Of a stretch of DNA of 64,000 nt, positions 12,669 to 25,449 are shown in pieces (positions within the stretch are counted from its first letter, which is position 1; the number at the start of each line of letters is the position of its first letter). This stretch comes from Haliotis rufescens (taxonomy: Eukaryota). Below the pieces are notes generated by a model that was given only the letters and a program-made list of their open reading frames with translations, ran no database searches and was not told where the DNA came from. A program made the translations under genes and the position numbers. Location: contig NW_025963846.1 in NCBI RefSeq assembly GCF_023055435.1, positions 4,278,001 through 4,342,000 of the forward strand, written 5' to 3'.

Positions 12669-15600
12669 TCAGCCAACCAGTGTGCCCACCATAGCCGCCA
12701 TAGCCGCTTCCTTCTTGAGGTGCTGCAACATAGGTTAGCATAGGATATATAGATATACGATGACAGACTGAACTCCGAGCTCCAGATAAGCGTTTGGTGT
12801 TGTGGTGTTTTACCCATGCATTTTAAAATTATTGGGTACCAGTAATTCTATCTGGGTATTCAAATTTCTGTTACCCACTAGTTTTTACACATGTGGGTAT
12901 TTAAGTTAAATATTTAAAAACACTATTCATCTAGTCCCTGCAAACTGGTGTCGTGTGGGTTCGAGAGCTTTATAGGACTCAAAAATAATCACGATACTTC
13001 CACAAGAAAGTGTGATGACCAATGATCAAGATGTAACTGTCATCGTGGAGTTTGGCAAGGTTGACGGAATGCCAGTCTATAATTTCAAAATAAGTTGCTG
13101 ATTTGCTAATCGAATACGCAGGGTTACTTGACAATATTTTGATGATACGCACAAGTTTTATTTTTGTAGCGTATCTGTAATGTTCGTTGCTTATTTGATA
13201 CGCTTGGATCTTATTTTACTGCATATTTCTGCATTTCTGATGCGTATTTTACGCAGATACGCAGCTTATCTGGGGCTCCGTGAACTGCTCTCAACATTGT
13301 GTTACAGTTATATGTGGGAGGACGTGACGTTTATCGCTCTGGCGACTTCTACGGATATCAATAGTGCATAACCAGGGCGAATCTGGGATTCGAACCCATG
13401 ACAAGCGATTCCTGGCAGCTTAAGAACCCTTCAGAACGAATTGTGGCACATTAGACAGGGACCATGTTTAAGTAAGTTCACGCNNNNNNNNNNNNNNNNN
13501 NNNNNNNNNNNNNNNNNNNNNNNNNNNNNNNNNNNNNNNNNNNNNNNNNNNNNNNNNNNNNNNNNNNNNNNNNNNNNNNNNNNNNNNNNNNNNNNNNNNN
13601 NNNNNNNNNNNNNNNNNNNNNNNNNNNNNNNACATAAGTGTTTTAGTCAATTGAAGAATACATATTTCATACATTTATCATTATTAGTGTTGGTGTTACA
13701 TGTTACATATTCTATCAATATTACTGAAGGCATTGAGTGAATAAGAACGTAGCAACGGATGCGTTTGAACTCCAAACACAATACAAGATCACACAGAGAA
13801 GCGTTAATGTGAAACAAGACGATGTGGGTTTTGCTTACCTCCTCCACCAGATGGTTGAACTCTTTAGCCTGATCAGCATCGACATCTGAAATTGGAATAT
13901 GAGATATTGTTATCATCTATTGGTCGGTGTTGTCGATGGGATAAGCTGATAAATTTTTAAGCTCCAATGATCGATGCAACGTACACTTGATAACAATATG
14001 ATTGCATTAGGATTCCAATAATTTTAGACATGGACGTTTGTGTTAATAAATAAAAGCTACAAAACCCTTTCCATATTCATAAGAAATCTCTGTCAAAAGC
14101 ATTTTACGATTCCGACTATATCATGAGAATGTGTTTGTGAATCACTATCATATAGTGATGACACAAGGTGGTCGAGAAAAGGTGAGGGTATCCTGCCCTA
14201 CCGGTGGAACCCGTCACAAACAGTTTGAAGATAAGTATTAAGTGGAACAGGGTTATGTCCTGCCTCATCTGGCAAGAAGAACCTGCTGTAACTTTATCAA
14301 CTGGAGGGGGGAGAACTGGATTGACGGATATCAAATTGATATGTGTTTTTTAGTAAGGTTTCTTTGAGACAAAAAGCCAATCTTGAATCAATACCTATAG
14401 TTCATTACATTCTTCTCAAGACCTCTGCAATTCTATTGTATAACGTTTTATGGATTCATGGTGCTTCCCCAGGAGGTGTATCATATGAACGTGAGGGAGA
14501 CTTTGTATTGCTTCTATTGGTGTCATGTGGAGATGTGGAGTTGGAGATGGACCTCTATGGGATCTCTAAAGTAGAGGTGGCCTTTGGTGGTGGTGCTTGC
14601 AGTTGCTCTTATTGCTGCTTTTGTCGTAATAATTTTTGTTGTTGTTGTTAGAAATCCGTGAAGATCCGGGGTATTAGGTCTTCAGCAATCCATGCTTGAC
14701 GTAAAAGGCTGTTTGTCGTAAGAGGCAACTAACGGGATCGGTGGTCAGGCTCGCTGACATGCAAGTCATCGATCCAAGTTGGGTAGATCGATGCTCATGA
14801 TATCAACCACTGTATTGTCTGGTCCAGACTCGATTATTTACAGACCGCCTTCATATAGCTGGAATATTGCTGAGTGCGGCGTTAAACAACAAACAAACAA
14901 ACTGAGAGACATACAAGTAAGCCTATCCACTTACTGGACATTAACAGCAAGACTGCACTGTATCCCTTTGAGGCGATGTATTGGGTGAGTTGATCGTGCT
15001 GCGCGGCGAACATCATCTCGATAAATATCTGCTTGTCGATGTCATTGAGGTCTTCCAAAATCAAGTTGATGATGTGTAGATCCTTCATAAAGCTGAACAA
15101 GTCTTGCTGACTTTGACGTTTCTGTGTATAAAGGAGTATTGTCATTGCAATGTCATTATATATACTACTTAAAATAAGTTAAAGAACACCCGATTCTTTC
15201 ATATTACTATAGTTAACCTGTCATGGCATGGCAGTACATTTTCCAACCGAGTTTCAATAACATATCACCGCTATTAGCTGCAATATTACCGATGCGGCGT
15301 AATAGCAATATTAGCCCACTCATTTCATGGACGCCGGAATATTATTTCATAGAGGTTTCAGGGTGGTTACATAACAGATCGCCGTGACATACCGGTGGCT
15401 GAAATATTGCTGACTGGGGCGTCAACTACAAAACAGAAAGCAAACAAAACCCAATTTCTAAATTTTTAATCCGTCGCTGACTCAGAGATGTGTTGCACAA
15501 TTACAGTTGAACTTCTTACCTTAGATATGGCCCCAGGTGTCGAGAGAATGCCTGGTGTCGTGAGTATGTCAGATGTTGGGGACACAGCATCTACGAACCC

Positions 15601-18600
15601 AGGCCTCAAGTGCTGAAAAGATATACATGTATGATCTTGTTGGAGTGTAGCTATTGTCCCATGCCTCACCAGCCGTTAGGTATCGATATGTTTCTTTTTG
15701 TATCGAGATTATATACATTTTAGCTACAGCAACAAAACCAGGTACTTTTTGGTTTAAAATTTTGCGCCTGAATTTGTCAACAATGACAGTTTGGTATCAG
15801 GCAATGTCTGCAATAACAGTAAGCTATGTTGGTCTCACACTGGGGATTCCGGGCAAGAACAGGTCACAAATAACCTATGCTGGTCTCACACTGGGGATTC
15901 CTGGCAGGAACAGGTCCCCAGTAACCTATGCTGGTCTCACACTGGGGATTCCTGGCAAGAACAGGTCCCAAATAACCTATGCTGGTCTCACACTGGGGAT
16001 TCCGGGCACGAACAGGTCCCCAGTAACCTATGCTGGTCTCACACTGGGGATTCTTGGCAGGAACAGGTCCCAAATAACCTATGCTGGTCTCACACTGGGG
16101 ATTCCTGGCACGAACAGGTCCCCAGTAACCTATGCTGGTCTCACCCTAGGGATTCCGGGCAAGAACAGGTCCCAAATAACCTATGCTGGTCTCACACTGG
16201 GGATTCCGGGCAAGAACAGGTCCCCAGTAACCTATGCTGGTCTCACACTGGGGATTCCGGGCAAGAACAGGTCACAAATAACCTATGCTGGTCTCACACT
16301 GGGGATTCCTGGCACGAACAGGTCCCAAATAACCTATGCTGGTCTCACCCTGGGGATTCCTGGCACGAACAGGTCCCCAGTAACCTATGCTGGTCTCACC
16401 CTAGGGGTTCCGGGCAAGAACAGGTCACAAATAACCTATGCTGGTCTCACCCTAGGGATTCCTGGCAGGAACAGGTCCCCAAATTACCTATGCTGGTCTC
16501 ACGCTGGGCATTCCTGGCAAGAACAGGTCCCAAATAACCTATGCTGGTCTCACACTGGGGATTCCGGGCAAGAACAGGTCCCCAGTAACCTATGCTGGTC
16601 TCACCCTAGGGATTCCGGGCAAGAACAGGTCCCCAGTAACCTATGCTGGTCTCACACTGGGGATTCCGGGCAAGAACAGGTCCCAAATAACCTATGCTGG
16701 TCTCACCCTAGGGATTCCTGGCAAGAACAGGTCCCCAGTAACCAATGCTGGTCTCACCCTAGGGATTCCGGGCAAGAACAGGTGCTCAGTAACCTATGCT
16801 GCTTTTAAGAGACGACTGCATAGATCGGATGGTCATCCTCGATGACTTGAGTGGCTACCAGTATCAGTGTCTGGTCCTCACATGGTTATTTACAGGCCGC
16901 CATCACACCTACATCATTACAACCTTTGACCCTTGTTATTGTGTACCCTAATGCGGAGAATGGTTGTTGCTCGTACTATCAACCACCAGTCAGCATGGAT
17001 ACAGCTGTTTCCAGGAAAACTAATGTCGTTTTATTGAGCATGCAGCTGGAGAGGAATGTTATACCTCAAACTTTCTTGTTCAGCTGCTGTAATCTTTGTA
17101 TTGGGACTGACAATAGCCAGGTATTACTTGAATCAATACCGGACCGATTGTCATTTTTAATGTTCGAAAAAGACATAGTTTTTTTTAATTCTTATTTATA
17201 TTTTTCAGAAAGCCTATGTTATATATTCATCCAATAAGTACACCAGGCCATTTTGAATCTTAAAACAGAAAGAGGAGAAAGCAGAATATATAGGAACACG
17301 TTATAGTTATTTATTACTTGACGTGCTGATCAGATGGTATTAATATATTCAGGTTACTGTGGACAAATCCCACACCCGAATCCTCACAGGGATAAACGGT
17401 ACCAGTGGTTACCGACATGCATACCCGTGAAGATCCGGAGTAGAATAGGTCTTCAGCAACCCATGCTTGCCCTAAAAGGCGACTATGCTTGTCGTAAGAG
17501 GCGACTAACAGGATCGGGTGGTCAGGCTCGCTGACTTGGTTGATGCATGTCATCGATCCCAATTGAGGGGATCGATGCTCATGATATTAATAACTGGATT
17601 GTCTGGTCCAGACTTAGTTATTTACAGACCGCCGTCATATAGACGGAATATTGCTGAGTGCGGCGTTAAACAACAAACGAACGTGGCACTGTAAACTAAT
17701 CTGTGTCCCACCCTGGAAGTTACTTATGCAGTACTTACCGCGGACAAGTACCCCTCTAAGTGAGGAATGTCATCTTCATCCAGAACTGAAAGTAACAGTC
17801 TCCATATAGTCTGTTGGATTACCGCAATAGTAATACTAATAAACTAATGAAGCAAGATTTATATAAAGCCTGGTTTCGATCACAAGGTGCTCAACGGCGC
17901 TCACAATATAAACCAATGGGCAACAGAAAGTATACACTTGAAATTTGGATTTGATCAAGAAATTACAAACGTTATCAAAACGTTACTAGGCTGAAAACAG
18001 TCGCCGAAAACACTGCAAACTTCAGGTCAAAAACACAACTATGATACCCGATCAAATGCATCACCATCGAATAACCATGTCTTGTAAGTTTTTGTCCCTG
18101 AGTATTTTTAAACATGGCGTCATATCCCTACGTCATATCCCAAAGTGGTAAACGTCTGATTCCTTCATCACTTCGGGCTCTCCTCCCACATTAAGCTGAC
18201 AAGCCGCGATATAACTGGAATACTGTTAAAAGCGGCGTTAAACACAACTCACCCACTCACTAACTCGTAAACGTTCATCCGTCTGTAATTGACAACCGGT
18301 TACGTTTTCGTTTGAAACGTTGATACCACTCGGCTCACCCCTATTACGTCATCTCACAGCACATGGAGGAGTCCATTTTGGAACTAGTCTTAGTCACGTG
18401 ACTATCACACGACACGACAGTATCTGACGCAGACTCGCCTCTAACATAAAATGTTAAAAGTCTTCGTATGTAGCTTTTGATTATTATTAGACATACTTTA
18501 GGCTGTTTTCAAAACCGGCCGTCATGTTGTACGAACATTATTAGGCGGGATCCGTCAGTAATTGGAATACGGTGAAATTATCTGATATCACTACACTTGT

Positions 18601-18913
18601 GTTTTCCGTGGTATTAAGGTGGAGGAAAAGGCCGAATGAACCCGAGTGTACACTGATACCTACGGTCAAAGAGTTCGAGAAGCTTGACAAATCCGATTTG
18701 ATCTATTAGAGCAGTCAGTTCGGTCGTTCCTTGCACGGCCGCCGACACCAGGCTGTTGAAGAGAGTCTGTGAATCACCAGGCAACCTCTTGAAGTCGTCA
18801 CTATCCCGTATCTCGTTCAGATAGTCGACGAATAATGACGAGTTGGTGTAGTCGTGATGTTGGTCTGCCACGACGGCCACCACAAGGAGAGCAGTAACGA
18901 GTACAAACTTCAT
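12669..18913 (-). CDS. Secreted two-domain helical pro-protein, paralog A (225 aa, unknown family)
   Basis: Exons 18913-18664, 17785-17739, 15612-15520, 15121-14935, 13885-13839, 12722-12669; all GT-AG, 678 nt in frame. MKFVLVTALLVVAVVA|DQHHDY...DEDDIPHLEGYLSAHL-(S/T/P linker)-KKR|QSQQDLFSFMKDL...HLKKEAAMAAMVGTLVG*. AATAAA at 12629-12624. Homologous to B and C. An N gap lies in the last intron. Confidence 0.88.
13484..13631. other. Assembly gap (N run)
   Basis: Ns. Confidence 1.
13975..14220 (-). mobile_element. Penelope-like element 3' fragment
   Basis: Similar to 23560-23700 (caaaaccctttc.atattcat...aatcactatca.a.agtgatgacac). Confidence 0.55.
14655..14901 (+). mobile_element. Family B retroposon
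   Basis: ccgtgaagatccggggg...gtcgtaagaggc.actaacggg...gcggcgttaaacaacaaacaaac. Confidence 0.85.
15820..16800 (+). repeat. Minisatellite, 51-bp unit, ~19 copies, in an intron of gene A
   Basis: Unit ctggggattccgggcaagaacaggtccccagtaacctatgctggtctcaca; explains ORFs 15654-16808 and 15791-16537. Confidence 0.95.
17423..17682 (+). mobile_element. Family B retroposon, full length
   Basis: acccgtgaagatccggagtagaataggtcttcagcaacccatg...gcggcgttaaacaacaaac. Confidence 0.9.
18140..18265 (+). mobile_element. 5'-truncated SINE family D
   Basis: Matches the 3' half of 39101-39364. Confidence 0.75.
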
Positions 18914-19051
18914 GGCTCGCTGGAAGTAGATCGGATGGCACTTAGTGATGTTAACCATCTTTTAAACAGTCCGGAAGGCAGGATGCCAAGTTTATAAAGC
19001 ATCACATCATACTCTCAGGACGGATATAACGAACCCATTTCGATTGGTTAG

Positions 19052-19355
19052 AACAGGACAGGACAGGACAGGACAGGACAGGTCAGGACAGGACAGGGCA
19101 GACAGGACAGGACAGGACAGGACAGGACAGGTCAGAACAGGACATGACATGACAGGACAGGACAGGACATGACAGGTCTGGTAAGGACAGGACAGGACAG
19201 GACAGGACAGGTCAGGTCAGGACAGGACAGGACAGGTCAGGACAGGACAGGACAGGACAGGACAGGACAGGACAGGACAGGTCTGGTCAGAATAGGACAT
19301 GACAGGACGGTACGGGGCGGGACGGGACGGGACGGGACGGGACGGACAGGACAAG
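19052..19355. repeat. (CAGGA)n/(CGGGA)n pentanucleotide microsatellite
   Basis: Direct observation; ~140 bp upstream of the gene A ATG. Confidence 0.97.
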
Positions 19356-19514
19356 ACTATATTTCTTTCAGGTCGAGAGCCTCGGTGCATTAGGTACAAA
19401 ATGAAATGAGAATGTATTGGCAGTTTGAATAATATATGTAAATTTACATGATTTTTTAAATATTGATAGCTTAAGAGAATTAAATACAGCTTAGAAATGT
19501 AATGCATTATGTTT

Positions 19515-19668
19515 CTATGTCAGCACCATATCCGTGCTCGTGGGTTTCACCGAAGTGGTAAACATCTGAGACCCGCATCACTTCGGGCTTTCATCCCGAA
19601 TTAAACAGACACGCCGTGATATAACTGGAATACTGTTAAAAGCGGCGTTAAAACCAACTCACTCACTC
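19515..19668 (+). mobile_element. 5'-truncated SINE family D
   Basis: Near-identical to 39213-39364. Confidence 0.8.
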
Positions 19669-21834
19669 TTCTGTTAATACTTGTTCAAGGAATTGTACAG
19701 GAATATCTTCAGTGTGTTTTACATTTTCAAACCCCAGTGTGTTTTTTTTATACCTATAAAGGAATTGGTTTAACAATAGCGTCAAAAAGATACAGCTGTT
19801 TTTTAAACGATGTATTTTATAAGCGTTTGGCCAGCCGTCGTATGGCAGGAGTACTGTTAGGAAACAAACACTTACTTTTTATGCAAATTGTGTGTGTAGG
19901 AAGTGACAACGTAAGGACAGGACGTGCTTATCTTTTTGCGAGCACACGGTGCTAACACTGTTTTTCAGTGATCCATTCATATTTTTTTTCATGTAATATA
20001 AATTAATAAAATACTTTTCATTTCAGAAGTGTTAGTCCAGTTGAATGAACGGGTACTACTACTTACTATGACGTTTTTCGCACTTCGAGGTCCTACTGCA
20101 GTGTAGGGTGTAGGACGTGTTGCAGTGAATGGTTGTATTTACGTAACATATTTATAGACACGCGACGCCACAGAAATAAGACATGTATAGCACACAGGTG
20201 GTAGGTTTCGGGAGCACGATACTGGCCTGATTTCTATTTTGACAATGCACGATGTCGTGCAGCGAAATCCTTGATGTTGTTTTGGACAGTGACGTGCACA
20301 TATTGTGTCAATTCCGTGACAAAAACCGGCAAAAATTCGTCAACACATCATGGTGTAAAGCCATTGGCGTACATCCCGTCCCTGGTGTTGCCTAGCCGAC
20401 CCAAATTTTTGCCATCTATGGTAAGCTGTTCGGGTCACAACCTTCACGGGACGCCTTGCTTTCAGGCAGCCTGCATAGAGAAGGTTTTAACGGTCGATGT
20501 TGAAATTCGCCCTTCCGTTATTGTACTGAAGTCTCTATTGATAACAGGAGCAGATTTAATGTGATCAGATGCAACGCCACGGCATTGTAAATGTAACCTT
20601 AATGATACCTATATTAACTATTTTTTATCGGTAGTATATATGTTTGGATTTTCTGTTTGGCTGAAAAGACTTATGCACTTGTTCCTGTGGTCAAACATCA
20701 TAGACAGATATACTATAAATATAGACGTCAATAGTTATGTGGGGTAAAAAAAAGATAAATATACATTAATAATCACGCCTTTTGTACCACCAAACCTCCT
20801 TGTCTGATCTTACGACGAGGTGCGTGGGGTAGCCTACTGGTTAAGGTCCGGGTTCGATTCCCCGCATGGGTATGTAATGTGTGAATTATTGGTTAGGCTG
20901 GAATAGCGCTAACAGCTGCGTAATACCTCACTCACTCACGACATGGGTTACTTCTACATATTCTATAAAGCAAGCCCCAGTGGGCTCTGATATTCGAACT
21001 TTTATGATATATTTGCAACTTACTACCACCACAAAAGCACTGAAAGACATCCAGGTCTTGTCGACTTTACTTGGCCTTGAAAAGCCAATCCCATCTCATG
21101 TAAAGAAGCATACGTCCTACGCGAAATGACCATGAAGCTGACCTTGGCTTAGCACAGTACAGACGAGGATTTATCAGTAACTTATTTTTTAATTCCATGT
21201 TCTACATTTTGTAGGTCAAGGATTTGTTTATATATATGATGTTACACAGGTACATGGTCGTCCATTCGTATCGGTGTTAATATTGTTTCGATGCTCTACA
21301 CTTTAAAAACGAAATGGTGTTCTCGATATGATGGACAAAAAGGTCTTTAACTTCATTTATTACACGTTACTTACGACCATGGTTAAAGCTGACGTCTTAG
21401 ATTTGAAAAATGAAAGACACATATTTCGTGACACATATAATCGGCCAACATAAGACAACGGTATTTTTTGCTGATCGAGTATATTTCTGTTCAGTCATAT
21501 TGCACATGTGCAACAACATCCAACATCTGGCCCACCTACACCTTTCATATTACTTCCCATGGGCACCTTTCATAGCGTGCCCTTTGTTTACATCACCGGG
21601 CTCAAGCTTCCTTGATGGACGGGCGTTTTCGTTTGTTTTGAATGGTGACGTCAGCCAAGTTGGTTACGGGTTTCGTACAGAGCGGTGCGTACCCAGTGTT
21701 AGAAACATGATATAGCATGGCCATTACTGCTGACTTTGCTTTCACGGGTTCGCCAGGAAAATTAAATAGTTGGCGATGTAATTTGGGAACATTGATCAAC
21801 AAAAATGAAATCAACTTTGTCTTGGAATTTATAC

Positions 21835-22260
21835 AGTCACTGGGTCATAGCGGGGGCATGTACATGTTGTTAATTAGTCTTGACATACTCCCCTTCGAAG
21901 TCCACACACATCTGCCAACGATGCTGGAGTTCCTGGTTCCCATTGGTGTAGAAAGTTTCCTACTGGGGGTGTAAGTCCTCCACAACAAGATTGACGTAAT
22001 CGTCATTTGCTTGCCAGGCAGTTCTTTGTTCAAGTGTTGGATGAGGTGGAAATCTGATGTCGAGTACGGAGGATGTTCAATGAGTTCAAAGCAACAGCGA
22101 TGAACTCCGGCCAATGGCGACAACAAACTTCTGCGCAGGCGCATTGTCCTGGTACAACAACGCACGTTTTGTGAGTTTCCCTCGCCGTTTAACCTCGATA
22201 TCCTCACGCTGTTGCCTCAGCAGATTAGGATAGTATTGATCTCCGAAAGGTAGTCCACCA
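21835..22260 (-). mobile_element. Decayed mariner transposase fragment
   Basis: FELIEHPPYS..SDFHL..HLNKEL.G resembles the mariner HPPYSPDLAPSDFHLF motif with a deletion; frameshifted. Confidence 0.7.
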
Positions 22261-22755
22261 GTAGGGTATTTTGGAATTCCAGAAAGCTAAGGGCATCACC
22301 TCACCAGCTGATGGAAGAGATTGTGCCTACTACGCATGAGGAAACGTTGGATGTTTCCAATGCCTTTGACTGTAGGTAATTCTCTGGCTGATAGGCGCGC
22401 TCGTCACGTCGCAGACCCTGGTCGAATCCCTACATGGGTTCAATAGGAAGCCCATCTTGGTCTCCCTGCCGAAATATATCACTGAGCTGCTGGTGTTTTC
22501 ACTTTATTGTCAGTCTATGTACGTACATGCGTACGTGCGTGTGTGCGTGCGTGCGTGTGTGTCCATATGTGACTGTGTGTGTCTGTATTCAGATTAATCG
22601 TAAAAGAAAGGGATCCTGTGTTCATGTCTGATAGAATGATAATCTGGCTAATTTTCAATTAGGCTGGGAAATCAATCTCTGAGTATTTGTTGAAGGAGAG
22701 GGGTATGAGTATTAGTTTAGGTGTATCACGTGCTTGTTAGTTAGTATAACCGTAC

Positions 22756-22802
22756 CCTATTGATCAGCTGATCAAAGCCGTGGGCTTCATCATGGTCAAT
22801 TT
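22756..22802 (-). pseudogene. Orphan 47-nt exon of the secreted-protein family (relic fifth paralog)
   Basis: cag|aa att gac cat gat gaa gcc cac ggc ttt gat cag ctg atc aat agg|gtac = IDHDEAHGFDQLINR, versus gene B exon QIDSDESHGFDLLIMR. Flanked by the same 38-bp minisatellite and by sequence (22600-22705) homologous to the gene B intron at 36770-36865. Confidence 0.8.
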
Positions 22803-22827
22803 CTGCCGCAAAGGTTAAAAAATGTCA

Positions 22828-23180
22828 ACTGCAGGAGGTTCTGGATAGCGCTATACTGAAGAGCAATTGCGGAAGGCTCTGTATAGCGCTATACTGAAGC
22901 ACAACGGGAGAATGTTCCAGATAGCGCTATACTGAAGAGCAACTGCATGAGTTAAGGATAGCGCTATACTGAAGAGCAACTGCATTAGTTCTGGATAGCG
23001 CTATACTGTAGAGCAACTGCGGAAGGTTCTGAATAGCGTTTTAATGAAGAGCAATTGCGGGAAGTTCTGGATAGCGCTATACTGAAAAGAAACGGGGGAA
23101 GGTACCGGATAGCGTTATACTGAAGAGCAACGGGAGGAGTTTCCGGATAGCGCAATATTGAAGAGCAACAGAGGAGGTTC
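22828..23180. repeat. 38-bp minisatellite (ggatagcgctatactgaagagcaact...)
   Basis: Tandem units; the same family occurs in the equivalent introns of genes B and C. Confidence 0.9.
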
Positions 23181-23539
23181 TAGTTAAGGAGGCTGTAACG
23201 TTTATAAATAGTTATCCGATTTATTTTTTCAAAACAAGACATTTTTATCTATTTAATCTTTAGTAAAGAGAATGTCTTTTAACGCATCAGTCAGCACTAT
23301 TTCAACTTCATTACGACGGCTTCTTAATTACTGAGTATGGGCCAGACAACCGAGGATTAACAGGATGAACAAAACTTGTCATCACGGGAAGGATGGCGCC
23401 AATAAGCCAGGTCGCCGGGCTTTGGAAATATCTGTGAGTGGGTTGGACGTGCGAAGGAGCTAGGGCAAGTCAGAGTGTTCTGCTGGTGTTATTACGACAG
23501 CTTTTTCTTATCTTCCACGTAGATCGTATTAAGTTGAAG

Positions 23540-24375
23540 AGGTGACAATTATCTAAATACAAACGACAAAAACCCTTTCTATATTCATTACAAATCTTTG
23601 CCAAAAGTAGACTCAATTGTACTATTCAGATTATATCATGAGTATGTGTTTACGAATCACTATCAAACAGTGATGACACCAGGTGTTTGCGAAAAGGTGC
23701 ACTTGTCACAAACACATGCAAAGGAAAGTCAAGTGTACACCTTCAAAAACATGGGAACATATGTGGAAATGTTCTCCACATGTCTACCATAATGCTTTTC
23801 AAAAGCTTTACTGAAGCCTTGAATGTTGTAACCCTGACTAATCAACTTTTGAGCAAGCGTCGTATGATACTCTTTGAAATCTTGGTGGACAAAGCAGGCT
23901 CGGATGCACCTCAAACGTTGTGAAATGAAAGGCTGGAATAGCGCTCGACATGAAAGGGAAAGTTGACTATTGGAAATGCAATCTTGTTGAGACTTTTTTG
24001 TCACTATATTTCTTTTTGCATAGATTGAGAAATGAAACAGACGGGGCGGTCTCAATAGTCACCTTTATATCTTGTTTAGATGGTTAAAATCCGTAGAAGG
24101 GGATTGGGTATTTGACTGTTATTGAACAAAATAAGATCTTTTAGGAAAACGTCTTTGCAAAATTCGAGGAAAAATTCCGATGGATATGCTAAGAGAAACA
24201 GATCAGCAAAAGGGGAACACTATAATTATTTGTGCCCATGGGGATGCCTTTGTCTTGCTTGAATGTTTTACCCACAAAGTTAAAATACATGTTATCAACG
24301 AGGAAATCTGACATTTCACATATTGTTTTTCAGTAAACTTCAGATGACCTTTACTATCAGTTTTGACAAAGTGCC
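23540..24375 (-). mobile_element. Decayed Penelope-like retroelement (RT and C-terminal region)
   Basis: ISQRLRCIRAC..HQDFKEYHTTLAQKLISQGY...KAFEKHYGRH; upstream FLVDNMYF...GIPMG motif on the minus strand. Confidence 0.75.
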
Positions 24376-24377
24376 TA

Positions 24378-24553
24378 GTGAGTGAGTGAGTGAGTGAGTA
24401 TGATTTTACGCCGCTTTTAGCAATATTCCAGCAATATCACGACAGGGGACACCAGAAATGGGCTTCACACATTGTACCCATGTCGGGAATCGAACCCGGG
24501 TCTTCGGCGTGACGAGCGAACGATTTAACCAGTAGGCTACCCGACCGCCCCCC
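24378..24553 (-). mobile_element. SINE family A, full length
   Basis: A/B boxes, ACTC tail, TSD-like caaagtg.c.ag. Confidence 0.9.
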
Positions 24554-24627
24554 AAAGTGTCCAGAACCTTTTGAAGATAGATATGCAACTATATTTATGG
24601 TCACCTCGTTTAGTATCATTTTCTTCG

Positions 24628-24818
24628 ACGCACTCAGCAAACTATTCCAGCTGTATGACGGTGGCCTGTAAATAATCGAGTCTGGGACAGACAGTCCAGT
24701 GATTGACACCATGAGCATCGATCTAGGCAATTGGGATACGATGACATGCATCAACCAAGTCAGCAAGCCTGACCACCCGATCCCATTAGTCGCCTCTTAC
24801 GACAAGCATAGTCTGAAG
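24628..24818 (-). mobile_element. Family B retroposon, partial
   Basis: Similarity to 17423-17682. Confidence 0.8.
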
Positions 24819-25449
24819 ATATCTCATACATGCGTGCTGAATTTCAACTTCATGTGGATGTTGGAGGGGTTTATAAAGAAACAGGTTGTCATATTTGTCA
24901 TTTGGTCAGTTTCAGTAATGTTTGTAAACTCTATATCAACGGATATCGGGTTATTATGACGTTATATATACACATACTATTTATACCATACAGGTTATCA
25001 TAATTATATTATTAATATGTGCTTACTAAATTTGTAGACAGACAGACACTCTTTCATATCTCTTTTTCCCAACATTTTGGGGACAAGCTAGAGTGAACAA
25101 GGCATCAATTAAGCATGATGCTTTACAACATGGCTTATTAACAGTACTGTGACAAGTCATTATCTCTGTCTTTCCTACCTGTAGCTTCTAACAGATCGTA
25201 AAATAGATTCATACATTATATTAAGTTACATTAAGTTACAAGATGACACGCAAGCGTTAATATGTCACAGTTTTGTACGCATGTGACTGGTTTGACAAAA
25301 GAAAGCATCTATGGGTACATATCAACCCCCTAAAATGACTGTGGAATATTTGCATTGTTCAACTTGTTTTGTTGTTATATTTCATTTGGAGTACACATAA
25401 AATCAGCATTCAGAATATAGTTCACATACAGTCTTAACTAAATATAAGA

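Noticed and set aside
15654-16808. 384-aa ORF with 17-aa repeats (and overlapping 248-aa ORF)
   Set aside because: By-product of a 51-bp (multiple of 3) minisatellite derived from a retroposon, antisense within an intron of gene A
18914-18958. Upstream in-frame ATG extending gene A (MVNITK...)
   Set aside because: An acceptor (ttccag) precedes the downstream ATG as in the paralogs, and the signal peptide starts at MKFV
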